Part shown: in pieces, positions 36,929 through 47,100 of the stretch | Position numbering within the stretch: position 1 is the first letter of the stretch | How the letters are laid out: each line of letters starts with the position of its first letter | Sequence record: DRR723986_3984 | Reading direction: 5' to 3' (one strand) | Length of the DNA stretch: 60,843 nucleotides | The notes under the pieces: generated by a model | Told to the model about the DNA's origin: nothing | The model's database searches: none | The model's input: the letters and a program-made list of their open reading frames with translations, nothing else | Made by a program: the position numbers and the translations under genes

Positions 36929-37684
36929 TTAACTTTCCATTGCCGCTTCTGCTGCCTTGATGAAGGCCCATACTTCCTTCGAGAAAGGTGGTTCAGGGCC
37001 ATCGGCGGGCCAGTCATCCAGATTGTCATAAAGTTTGGCGGTGCTGCCTGTCAGTTCAGGGTCGATGTCGTAAATCACCTGCGTCAGGGCATTCCATTCC
37101 TTCACAACTGCTTGCGCTTCGGGCGCGGCAGGGTCAGTTCCCACCAGTTCCTCTGTGCGTGCCAATAGGGCCGGCCAGGCTTGTTCGTGTGCCTTGAGAA
37201 TGTCCTCCGGCATGGCTTTTTTGGCAGCCTCCCAGCGTTTTTGCTCGTCGTGCGTATAGAATTTATCCCATACTTTTTGCCATTTTTCCTCGTCCATCGC
37301 GTGATCTCCCATTTTGATAATGTGACAAAATGTGGAAAGGTCTGCCGGTTCGCCGGCAGCAAGACACCCCAGCGTCTCATTAATAAGCCGCAGGGTGTAT
37401 TGTGTGTCTGCCAATCTTCTTTCAGTGATTTCCTTTTGCATCTCCAATATGTGGGTCGCGCTCCAGTTTTTGCTGGTAATCATCTCTTTGATCTGGCCAA
37501 GCGTTAAGCCGGTGCGTTTCAGCATCTGGATATGATGCAGGCGAGCGATGTCCCTGTAGGCGTAAACACGCTGTAGTGCCTCGGTACGCCGGGGCGATAT
37601 AAGCCCCAGTTTTTCATAATGCCTAAGCGCCCGCACTGTTATGCCGGAGCGCCCGGATACCTCACCGATTGAAAGTAGTTTCAT
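36929..37684 (-). CDS. MerR family regulator with TipAS-like C-terminal domain (TipA/SkgA-like)
   Basis: SIGEVS..SGITVRALRHYEKLGLI; C-terminal W..L...DPA.PEAQ.VV..W. Start ATG 37684 after AAAGGA. Confidence 0.88.
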   Translation of the reverse strand: MKLLSIGEVSGRSGITVRALRHYEKLGLISPRRTEALQRVYAYRDIARLHHIQMLKRTGLTLGQIKEMITSKNWSATHILEMQKEITERRLADTQYTLRLINETLGCLAAGEPADLSTFCHIIKMGDHAMDEEKWQKVWDKFYTHDEQKRWEAAKKAMPEDILKAHEQAWPALLARTEELVGTDPAAPEAQAVVKEWNALTQVIYDIDPELTGSTAKLYDNLDDWPADGPEPPFSKEVWAFIKAAEAAMES

Positions 37685-37710
37685 TGCTACAGTTCCTTTC
37701 CACATTCTCC

Positions 37711-37741
37711 GCTCTAGGGCCTGACGCAGGGTCAGGGGCAA
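37711..37741 (-). promoter_or_regulatory. MerR-type promoter/operator with 19-bp spacer
   Basis: Minus strand TTGCCC-ctgaccctgcgtcaggccc(19)-TAGAGC containing the dyad CCTGAC-N5-GTCAGG. Confidence 0.75.
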
Positions 37742-37838
37742 GGACTTTTTTCTCTGGGGTGTATTTTAGTGCATAAAAATGCTGGGACAGGATAGTTTTT
37801 CTGAGGGACAGCATTACAAAAATAGCACCATACTGCGA

Positions 37839-37866
37839 TTGACCTATAGACGGGCAGGCCTATACT
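37839..37866 (+). promoter_or_regulatory. Putative sigma70 promoter of argG
   Basis: TTGACC-N16-TATACT. Confidence 0.6.
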
Positions 37867-37908
37867 CGCGCCGCTAAGCTTATCGACACGTGCATTTGGA
37901 GTTCTGCC

Positions 37909-39144
37909 ATGTCTGAGAAAATCAATAAAGTTGTGCTTGCCTATTCTGGCGGCCTTGATACCTCGATCATCCTCAAGTGGCTTGAGGTTACTTATGACTG
38001 TGAAGTGGTGACATTCACCGCTGATTTGGGTCAGGGCGAGGAGCTGGAACCGGCACGACGAAAAGCTGAAATGCTGGGCATTAAAGAGATTTTCATTGAG
38101 GACCTGCGCGAGGAATTTGTGGCCGACTATGTGTTCCCCATGTTCCGCGCCAACACGGTTTATGAAGGGCTATATTTGCTGGGCACCGCTATTGCGCGGC
38201 CACTAATTGCCAAGCGGCAGATTGAAATTGCCAATGAGACCGGCGCTGACGCGGTGTGCCACGGCGCGACCGGCAAAGGCAATGACCAGGTGCGGTTCGA
38301 GCTGGGTTATTACGGTCTCAACCCCAACATCAAGGTGATTGCACCGTGGCGGGAGTGGGAGCTGAACTCGCGCACCGACCTGATCAATTTTGCCGAAAAA
38401 TATCAAATCCCTGTGCCCAAGGATAAGCGCGGTGAGAGCCCATTTAGTGTGGACGCAAACTTGCTCCACACCTCAAGCGAGGGTAAGGCTCTGGAAGACC
38501 CATGGGAAGGCGCGGAAGAATTTGTCTACAGCCGCACCGATGACCCGGTGACGCAAGCGCCGAACGAGCCCGAGTATATCGAAATGGAATTCGAAAAGGG
38601 CGATGCGGTGGCTTTGGGCGGTGTGGCCATGAGCCCGGCAACATTGCTGACCGCTCTGAACGACTATGGTCGCAAGCACGGCATTGGCAGGCTTGACTTG
38701 TTGGAGAACCGTTTTGTCGGTATGAAATCTCGCGGCATTTATGAAACGCCCGGCGGCACTATTTTGCTGGCGGCGCACCGGGGCATTGAGCAGATCACCC
38801 TCGACAAGGGCGCGATGCACCTGAAAGACCAGATTATGCCCAAATATGCCGAGATTATTTACAATGGTTTTTGGTTTAGCCCCGAGCGCGATATGATGCA
38901 GGCGTTGATTGACAAGAGCCAAGAATTTGTTGCCGGAACGGTTCGTCTGATGCTCTATAAAGGCTCAGTGAATGTGGTGGGCCGCAAGAGCCCCTACAGC
39001 CTCTATTCGATGGAGCATGTCACCTTTGAGGAAGACAGTGTATACGACCAGCGTGATGCAGAAGGTTTCATCAAACTCAATGCGCTTCGGCTGCAACTTC
39101 TCAAACAGCGTGGTAAAATTACCGAGCCGCCATCTTATGAATAA
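37909..39144 (+). CDS. argG: Argininosuccinate synthase
   Basis: [42 protein letters not shown]. Confidence 0.98.
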   Translation: MSEKINKVVLAYSGGLDTSIILKWLEVTYDCEVVTFTADLGQGEELEPARRKAEMLGIKEIFIEDLREEFVADYVFPMFRANTVYEGLYLLGTAIARPLIAKRQIEIANETGADAVCHGATGKGNDQVRFELGYYGLNPNIKVIAPWREWELNSRTDLINFAEKYQIPVPKDKRGESPFSVDANLLHTSSEGKALEDPWEGAEEFVYSRTDDPVTQAPNEPEYIEMEFEKGDAVALGGVAMSPATLLTALNDYGRKHGIGRLDLLENRFVGMKSRGIYETPGGTILLAAHRGIEQITLDKGAMHLKDQIMPKYAEIIYNGFWFSPERDMMQALIDKSQEFVAGTVRLMLYKGSVNVVGRKSPYSLYSMEHVTFEEDSVYDQRDAEGFIKLNALRLQLLKQRGKITEPPSYE

Positions 39145-39266
39145 TCGCGGATTTTGGCTGAGGGTTTTTGAAAAACTCTGGTTAGAGTCTAAAAACCCGT
39201 AGTTTTAGTCCGAAAAAGGCGCGTTTGATTCCAATTCTAGCGAGTTAGAAAGCGAAAACAGGCACT

Positions 39267-40208
39267 ATGATCGAGATTTTTACCATCGTTGGGCCAGTTT
39301 TTCTGATTTTACTGCTGGGTTATTGGCTTGGCCGGACAACATTGTTTCCACCTAAATCCAGCGAAATCATGATCACCTATGTTTGGTATGTCGCCATCCC
39401 GGCGTTGATGTTTCGGGCTATCGGGTCCGGCGAACTGCCAAAGCCAGATGAACTGTTTTTGGTGCTGGGGTATTACTCCTCGCTGGGGTTTCTTTATCTC
39501 ATTGCAGTGCTGATCGCTAAATACTGGTTTAAGCTGAACCCGGCGGAACAAGGCATTTTTGCCCTGTCATCCAGCTTTGCAAATGGGGGGTTCCTCGGCA
39601 TTCCAGTGCTCGAGGGCGCCTACGGTGCCGAAGGTGTTCGCTTGCTGCTTGTCATCCTCAGTTTCCATGCCTTATTTTTGCTAACCACCACCACGCTTAT
39701 TGTGGAGCGCGCCAACAGAACTGTTGGTGGCCCTAATGTGCTGATTAAGTCACTGAGTAGTATTGCCCATAACCCTTTACTTATTGCGCTTGCTTGCGGG
39801 CTGGCGTGGTCTGCGCTTGACTTCCCGTTCCCGTATTGGCTGGACCGGGTGCTGGCACTGCCCGCTCAGTCTGCTTCACCAGTGGGGTTGTTTGCTGCTG
39901 GAATGGCACTTTCCCATGTGAAAATCGCGGGTGATTTGCGCCATGCCAGCACTGCCGTGGCGATCAAGCTGTTTCTGTTGCCTGCATTGGTATACAGCGT
40001 CACAACCTGGGTTATTCCGTTACCGCCAGTGTGGGTGGGGGTCGCCACCTTAACTGCTGCGTTGCCGTGCGGCATGGTCGCTTATACCATGGCGGTGCAA
40101 TATAATGTAGGCACCCGCCGGGCGGTTACGACAGTGATGATTTCAACCGCTCTGTCTGCCTTTACGTTAACCGCGATATTATCATTGCTAGGTGTCGGTA
40201 GTTCCTGA
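39267..40208 (+). CDS. AEC (auxin efflux carrier) family transporter
   Basis: YVAIPALMF, FANGGFLGIP, NPL.IA, KL.L.P, AALP; about 10 TM helices. Confidence 0.88.
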   Translation: MIEIFTIVGPVFLILLLGYWLGRTTLFPPKSSEIMITYVWYVAIPALMFRAIGSGELPKPDELFLVLGYYSSLGFLYLIAVLIAKYWFKLNPAEQGIFALSSSFANGGFLGIPVLEGAYGAEGVRLLLVILSFHALFLLTTTTLIVERANRTVGGPNVLIKSLSSIAHNPLLIALACGLAWSALDFPFPYWLDRVLALPAQSASPVGLFAAGMALSHVKIAGDLRHASTAVAIKLFLLPALVYSVTTWVIPLPPVWVGVATLTAALPCGMVAYTMAVQYNVGTRRAVTTVMISTALSAFTLTAILSLLGVGSS

Positions 40209-40216
40209 GCTTAGTA

Positions 40217-40978
40217 TTATGGCAGTCTGACAAAATGCATCGGTTGACCCACAACATCGATTCGTACAATTTTTTGCGGCAGGCTGGTGGTGACATACAC
40301 AGTGTTTTCAGGTGTACCATCCTTCAGGTCAATTTTATGTGCCTCGAAGGTGCCCGCAGGCGTTTCAACCGTTGTTATCCCGTCATGGACCAGTTCAATA
40401 TTCTCAATCGTATTAGACAGAGAATTATACCAAGGCAGTTTAAGCGAAAAGCCGTCACCGAGTTGCAGGCCCGCAATCAGGCCAAAAATGCTCAACCGAA
40501 GTGCCGAAGGCGGATGCTCAGGGTTTGAGAAATCGACGGTGCGGGCATCCGCACCAGGCTGGCTGACAACAACCCCGCCGATGCGTTCGCTGCCGTTCCA
40601 GGCGATATCATATTTTCGCTTGTTGTCCCCCACCGCGAAATCAATACCGATGTTAAGTGGCAATAGGGTTGATGTATCAATAGTCCCTTCCGCCGTTTCC
40701 AAAATGTTAGGCTGCATTTCGGTGCGGTCTTTAATAACATAGCGGTCGCCGTCGCGCTTCCAGCCATAGGTCATGCTGCCAACTTCGGCACCGTTATTGA
40801 TCATCTTCATGGAAAAGGACGCAACATCTGCGCGGGACATATCCACCAAACTTTGCCACTCGGTTAGTTTTGTGGTTTTTTCATCTGCCGTGGCTGTTGG
40901 CACTGTCGCCAGATTAACGGCAACCATGATGAAAAGCCAAAGCCATAGTTTGTGGCCTGCAAGTATTGTTTTGGTCAT
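40217..40978 (-). CDS. Exported hypothetical protein, DUF3108-like
   Basis: Signal peptide (ATA-DE); VETPAGTFEA motif near the C-terminus. Confidence 0.55.
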   Translation of the reverse strand: MTKTILAGHKLWLWLFIMVAVNLATVPTATADEKTTKLTEWQSLVDMSRADVASFSMKMINNGAEVGSMTYGWKRDGDRYVIKDRTEMQPNILETAEGTIDTSTLLPLNIGIDFAVGDNKRKYDIAWNGSERIGGVVVSQPGADARTVDFSNPEHPPSALRLSIFGLIAGLQLGDGFSLKLPWYNSLSNTIENIELVHDGITTVETPAGTFEAHKIDLKDGTPENTVYVTTSLPQKIVRIDVVGQPMHFVRLP

Positions 40979-41088
40979 GGTTTTATCCTCATTTTGTCGG
41001 TATGGCTTATGCTTGAATTTTTATTATTTGCCCCACATCATGCTCAGGCAGGCACCCGCGCGATACACAAGTGAAAGCGAGACACACC

Positions 41089-41676
41089 ATGAAACTATAT
41101 TATGCCAAAACATCGCCCTATGCTCGCAAACTGTTACTATTGGCACGCCAACTGGGACAAACAGATGCCATTGATATGGTTGATACTGATCCGCTGGACC
41201 CTTCGCCTGAGTTTCTTGAGGCAAACCCGCTATCCAAAGTGCCTGCACTTGTCGCGACCGATGAGCCAGCCTTGTTTGATAGCCGGGTCATTGCAGAGTT
41301 TTTATTGGACCGTGCCGGGCAGAACGACAGTGGTCGTGTTAAAACTGAACTGTTGAAACGGCAGGCACTTGCTGATGGCATTATCGACGCAGCCGTTGCT
41401 ATCGTGCAAGAAAGTCGTCGCCCTGAAGCGCAGCAGTCTCCTTATTGGCTTGACCGCTGGAAAGCTGCCATTGAGCGCGGGCTGGCCCACCTTGAAGACG
41501 GTGCCATCAACGCCTTAGACCATTGGCGGCTGGATGCGATGGCAACAGCCTGCGCGCTGGATTATCTCAACTTTCGCTTGCCTGAATTGGCATGGGAAAG
41601 CCGTTTCCCCGATACAGCAAAGTGGTATCAGGGTGCAATCAGACGTGATGACATTAAAGCCACTGATCCTCGTTAG
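41089..41676 (+). CDS. Glutathione S-transferase family protein (YibF-like)
   Basis: TSPYARK, NPLSKVPAL, LFDSRVIAE, ALADGI.DAA, CALDYL.FR. Confidence 0.9.
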   Translation: MKLYYAKTSPYARKLLLLARQLGQTDAIDMVDTDPLDPSPEFLEANPLSKVPALVATDEPALFDSRVIAEFLLDRAGQNDSGRVKTELLKRQALADGIIDAAVAIVQESRRPEAQQSPYWLDRWKAAIERGLAHLEDGAINALDHWRLDAMATACALDYLNFRLPELAWESRFPDTAKWYQGAIRRDDIKATDPR

Positions 41677-41717
41677 GCGCATATAGCTTCGCTTGGTTGA
41701 TAGACGTAACCAGCGCG

Positions 41718-42356
41718 TTAGCCAGCGAAGCTGTTGCGCAGACCGTCGATCACAAATTGTGTTGCAAGCGCCGCCAAAATAACCCCCAGCAGTCGGGTTA
41801 AAATCGCATTCACCGTTGGGCCCATCAGCTTCATTACTGGGCCAGCAATGAGAAAGACGATCAAAGCAACCAACATCACGGCAACAAGCGCTGCGGTAAC
41901 AACCAGTTGAGCTGTCAAATCAGAGCCTGAATCCGCAACCGATAGCATGATGGTTGTGATGGCACCGGGGCCTGCCAGCAGCGGCATGGCCAGCGGAAAC
42001 ACCGATATATCTTCGAAATATTCATCCATTTGTTCGGCGGCATGTTGTTTGCGCGCTGTGCGTTTTTCAAAAACCATCTCCAGCGCGATAATGAACAGCA
42101 TCAGGCCACCCGCAACCCTTAGCGCATCAATCGAAATGCCAAGCAAGCCGAGGAATGGTTTGCCCATGAAGGCAAAAAACACCAAAATTAGCGTACCTAT
42201 GAAAACGCCTTTCAGGGCCATCTTGCGCTGATGGCTTATGGGTGCGTCTTGGGTAAGGCCTGCAAAAACCGGTGCGATGCCAGGCGGGTCGATGATTACA
42301 AACAAAGCGACAAAGGCGCTTAGAAAAACGTCATACAGGGGAAAAATTTCAGCCAT
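41718..42356 (-). CDS. MarC family membrane protein
   Basis: LFVIIDPPG, GISIDALRVAGG, VFPLAMPLLAGPG, TRLLG.ILAALA.QF. Confidence 0.92.
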   Translation of the reverse strand: MAEIFPLYDVFLSAFVALFVIIDPPGIAPVFAGLTQDAPISHQRKMALKGVFIGTLILVFFAFMGKPFLGLLGISIDALRVAGGLMLFIIALEMVFEKRTARKQHAAEQMDEYFEDISVFPLAMPLLAGPGAITTIMLSVADSGSDLTAQLVVTAALVAVMLVALIVFLIAGPVMKLMGPTVNAILTRLLGVILAALATQFVIDGLRNSFAG

Positions 42357-42418
42357 GGCACAAGTCTCTGGTTCTGGGGCGGCATATCTGCCGAGAAGGG
42401 TACTTTATGAAGCACGCT

Positions 42419-43315
42419 CTATAAAGTGATGCTATGTTGTTTACAAGTTGCTGTAACGGTATTTTTCAACAGGCAGGCAATGGTCATGGGGCCAACGCCG
42501 CCCGGTACAGGGGTTATGGCGCTTGCACGCCGTTTGGCAGTCTCATAGTCTACATCACCAACCAGCCGCGTTTTACCCTCACCGCGCTCTGGCGCGGGTA
42601 TCCGGTTAATCCCCACATCAATTACGGTGGCACCGGGCTTTATCCAGTCCCCTTTGACCATTTCCGGCATACCGACGGCGGCCACAACAATATCCGCAGC
42701 GGCTACTTCGCTCGCTAAGTCCTGCGTGCGGCTGTGGGCGATGGTTACCGTGCAATTCTCAGCCAGTAACAGCTGTGCCACCGGTTTACCCACCAAAATA
42801 GAGCGACCAATGACCAAAGCTTTCTTGCCGGTAAGGTCGCCGAGGGTATCTTTGAGCATGAGAATACAGCCAAGCGGCGTGCAGGGCACCATACCACCAC
42901 CGCTAGTGGCCAGCAGGCCTGAATTTACCACGTGTAAGCCGTCTACATCTTTTTCTGGCGCGATGGCACCAACAACCGCCGCTTCATTGATGTGTTTCGG
43001 AAGTGGCAGCTGGACCAAAATACCATTTACGCTTGGGTCACGGTTCAGCTCGTTTACTTTTGCAATAAGGTCTGCCTCGGCAGTGTCTTCGGGCAACTCA
43101 AAGTGAAAGCCGTTCATGCCAGCCTCGGCGGTTTGCTTGACTTTGTTACGAACATAAACCTGGCTGGCTGGGTCGTGCCCAACAATGATAACCGCAAGGC
43201 CGGGTGTAATGCCGTGTCCTGCCTTCAGGGTATCAACATCTTGTGCCACTGCGCTGCGAACAGTTTGTGCAAAGGCTTTTCCGTCGATTATTTTCGCATC
43301 AATTTCGGCGGTCAT
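42419..43315 (-). CDS. folD: Bifunctional methylene-THF dehydrogenase/cyclohydrolase FolD
   Basis: [39 protein letters not shown]. Confidence 0.97.
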   Translation of the reverse strand: MTAEIDAKIIDGKAFAQTVRSAVAQDVDTLKAGHGITPGLAVIIVGHDPASQVYVRNKVKQTAEAGMNGFHFELPEDTAEADLIAKVNELNRDPSVNGILVQLPLPKHINEAAVVGAIAPEKDVDGLHVVNSGLLATSGGGMVPCTPLGCILMLKDTLGDLTGKKALVIGRSILVGKPVAQLLLAENCTVTIAHSRTQDLASEVAAADIVVAAVGMPEMVKGDWIKPGATVIDVGINRIPAPERGEGKTRLVGDVDYETAKRRASAITPVPGGVGPMTIACLLKNTVTATCKQHSITL

Positions 43316-43363
43316 GGTTAGGCTCCTAGTATAAGAGCGTGGCTAAATTGGTATAGTTTGCTC

Positions 43364-43532
43364 TTAAGGTATCATCAAATTTTCAGTCGCTAACGCTGCG
43401 GTGACCTGCTCAAACAGACTGAAGGTTTGTTGCTGATGAACAGTGTTTTTTCGCGCGTGTGATGATCCGCTATAATCTGAATAGCAACCTTCGGCAACCT
43501 GCGTTTTCGGCGAGAAACTTAACCCATGCTTT
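43364..43532 (-). pseudogene. Degraded DUF167 (YggU) remnant
   Basis: Three frame segments KAWVKFLAEN / RLPKVAIQIIADHHTREKTLFISNKP / SLFEQVTAALATENL resemble the DUF167 C-terminal half; sits in the usual yggT-DUF167-folD slot; N-terminal half absent. Confidence 0.6.
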
Positions 43533-43547
43533 TAAAACGAAAAAAGC

Positions 43548-43862
43548 CTAGTAGCCATAAATCCCGAATAGCGGTGCAATGTCGCTGCGCAGCAAAACCC
43601 GAAGCGCAAAAATCAGGAAAATCAGAATGATCGGCGAGATATCAATACCCCCCATGCTGGGCAGCACTCGCCCCAGCGTGCGCCGGATAGGCGCCAATGC
43701 GGGCTCGGTAACGCTATAAAGGAAACTCTGAACTGTCTGAACGAATGGCTGGTAGGCGTTGATAATGCCAAAAGAGGTTAGCCAGCTCATGATAATCATC
43801 ACGATCAACAGAAAATAGTAGAAGCCTAAAAGGGCATCAATCAGCCAAAAAAGTGCAGTCAT
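43548..43862 (-). CDS. yggT: YggT family membrane protein
   Basis: MSWL..F..IN, TEPAL.PIRR, GGIDISPI. Confidence 0.92.
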   Translation of the reverse strand: MTALFWLIDALLGFYYFLLIVMIIMSWLTSFGIINAYQPFVQTVQSFLYSVTEPALAPIRRTLGRVLPSMGGIDISPIILIFLIFALRVLLRSDIAPLFGIYGY

Positions 43863-43987
43863 TTGTCAAATCCTTGATGTCGTTTTATCGGGCCGCGCCT
43901 TAGCCTCATTTATTGCACATAAAATGACGCATTTGTCATGGTCTTTGCAAGATATGTAAGACCAAACCGCCGCTTTTTCAATCTAGC

Positions 43988-44072
43988 GGCAGTTATTGCC
44001 TCTTTTACCGAGTCGTATGATGCGTTTCGCGTGAAGAGGTGGGCAGTTTATGCCGGGTAGGCAGACATTGCC
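43988..44072. promoter_or_regulatory. Three GGCA-N5-TGCC dyads (ftr/FlbD-like enhancer sites) upstream of the flaEY-like gene
   Basis: GGCAgttatTGCC (43988), GGCAgtttaTGCC (44042), GGCAgacatTGCC (44060). Confidence 0.55.
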
Positions 44073-44129
44073 GACCGAAATGCTGAGAATACGCAGCCCG
44101 GTGGGGCGAATTGAGAGAAAAGACAAGCA

Positions 44130-47100
44130 ATGACCTTCTTTGGGCCGCAAAATTCTGGTGGACTGTTCGGCGGTGGTGGACAGCAAACCTTTGCGCCTAT
44201 TGTTGGCATCAGTAGCTCTTTAATTGCACTTGATGCGCAAGCGCGGCTTTCCCGCATAAGCTTGGCCAGTTTGTCGGCGGCTGATCAACAGTCTATCCAA
44301 TCGGAGTTTGGTCGCAGCGACGGCCCAGCGGTGATCCCACCGTGGCAAATTCCTGAAGATGTCTTGTCGCTTAATGAGCAGATTCGCAGCGTGCGCAGCC
44401 TGACCAGTTTTATCGATCTGGAAGACCCTATTCTTGATACAGTCTCGGACAACGCAGATCACAAAGCCACCTTCGTGCTTTTCAATGCGCTCACCAATTT
44501 GCGAGTGTTGGCAGAGTATGCTTCGGAAGACAGCACGCTGGATAGTTCGCTTGAACGCCTGGATGATCAGTTCCGTTCCGGTCTGGATGAAGTGCGGGAC
44601 TATTTATCGTCCACTGAACTTGAAACGCTGGATATATTTCTGGGAGAAAAAGAATATACCACCGAAGCCACCACCAGAACCGGCAAGAACCAATCAGAAG
44701 TGTCTGGTACATATATTGTTGATGATCCTGACGCGGTGATTGCAGGCTTGACAGGCAGCGAAGTGTTTACGGTGTCGGTAGAGAAAAGTGGCAACACAGA
44801 TGACATAACGGTGGACTTAAGTGGCCTTTCAGGGGATGTGAGCCTGAACAATGTGGTTGACCATATCAATGCGCAAATTGAAGCGCTGACGATCCCGATT
44901 GCGAAAACGCTGACCACCGAAGATTTCAATAGCGATGACACCAGTCTTACGTCTGTACGCATTGATACATCGGCAGCCGGCCTTCAATTGAACGGCGTAG
45001 ATGTAACCGATGCGCAGGTTATTGCGGCGTCAGATATAGTTGCGGGCAATTTGGTTTACACGCCGCCAGAAGGCTCAACCGAAGGCACACTGGTCGGGCT
45101 TCAGTTCAGTGCAGACGAGGGTGCAGGCTACCCCGGGTCGCCGTCCACATATGATACGGCGGGTAACTTTACCGCTAAAAACTTAACGCGCTTCAACGTG
45201 CAACGTGACGATAGCACCGGCCAATACGGCTTGAAAATAGAGGGTACAATTACGGAAGAAGTAACGTTGACGGCTGTTGCTGCTGCGCCGACACTGTATG
45301 CAATTTCCGCGACCAGCCAGTTGGATGACAGCTTCGCTGTTTCAAGCCGCATTACGGCGTTCAATAATATTGATGCGACAATTGCGGTGGGCGACACGAC
45401 GTCTTTCGCTGCTATTGATTATGCTGCTACGGAAACAAAAGGGCTGGTCGACGAAACCGAAGACGAGGACATTGATCCGGCGATTGCTTCGCTGCGGGAT
45501 AAATTTTTGTCCGATGCTGCCGACGCAGTCGCCAATGACGACGAAGACACCAGTGCAAGTGATGTGGATGATGATAACACGTCGTCTATCACCAATGTGA
45601 ATAGCAATGACCGTGTGAACGCCGACACCGTTGGCTCGCGTGTTGCGGTGGACAGCGCTGGTGGCATTTATGTTGTTGGCACATCGGCAGGCAGCTTTGG
45701 GCACCAGTTGAATGTTGCCGACACGCAGGATGTGTTTTTGACCAAGTTTGACAGTGAAGGCAATGTGGCCTTCTCACGGTTGTTGGGCGTCGCGGAATCT
45801 GCTGAAGCTTTCGATATTAAAGTGGATAGCAACGACAATGTTATTATTGCCGGTGCGACAGACAGTGCTTTATCGGAAAATGATATTGTTGAGGGCGGCG
45901 GCAGCGATGCTTTCGTGGTGAAAATAAGCAAGCGCGGCGACGAGCTGTTCCGCTATCAGCTCGATACTTTTGGCACGACGGCAGCTTATTCGATCGCGCT
46001 GGACAGTAATGATGACATTTATATTGGCGGCTCAACCAGCTCAGCCATTAGTGCTGCAACGAGCGCCAGCGGCGGCAATGATGCGTTGATTCTGAAGCTT
46101 GATGGGGCAGATGGGTCTGTGACTGATTCGGCGGTTTTTGGCACGTCTGGCGATGATGTCATAAAGGGGCTGGCACTGGACGGCAACAATGATTTGATTG
46201 TTGCGCTTGACGCTGATGGCAGCGCGTCTGTTGCTCGGATTGCTGCCTCAGACTTATCAACCCAAGTGGTTACCGTTAACCTCGGCGACTTGGGGGCGGG
46301 GGGTGAAATCACCGGTGTGGCAATCGACGCAGATACAAACAAATTCTATCTCTCCGGCGTGACGACCAATGGTTCATTGGATGCCAGTGGCGGTGCAACG
46401 GTGAACGGCGTTGCAGCAGGCGGCCTTGAGGGGTTTGTCAGCGGTTTCAGTTTTTCAGGCACGACAGGGCTTTCAGCAGATTTCACCAGCTACCTGTCAA
46501 CCGATGGCACCGACGGTGTGAGCGACCTGACGGCGCAAGGCGGCAAGCTTTATGTGGCCGGGTCAACAACTGGCACGCTGACCGGTGAGACAGCCCGCGG
46601 TGCTACAGACGGTTATGTTGCGCGGCTTGACGGTGTAACAGGGGTCATCGAGAATACGGAACAATACGGTGAAGGGCTGTCGCGCTCAGCTGTGGGCGGG
46701 GTCGCTTTCAGCGATCAGGGCGAGTCGGTGTTGAAGGCCTTGGGTCTGCCAACCGGCCTTGTTGAGGGAGATCAAACCCGCGATCTGGAAACCCAGACTA
46801 CAGCGCGTGAGGGCGACTATTTTTATGTTAAATTCGGTGACGGCCTGCGCCAAAAGATTGAGCTGGAAAGCGGTGACACTTTTGATGATATCAAGCGCAA
46901 GCTGCGGGTGGCAGGCTTTGGTAAAATTGAGGCAGATGTCTCCTCAACCACCGAGGGGGAGAAACTGAAAATAAGTGCGCTTGATGATGGTGTGTCGATT
47001 GACCTGATCCCAGGTAGCGGTGACAAAGACCTTCTATCACGCATTGGTCTGAAAGCCGGGAAATTGCTGCCAAAAAATGAAGTTTTTGACATTAACCTGG

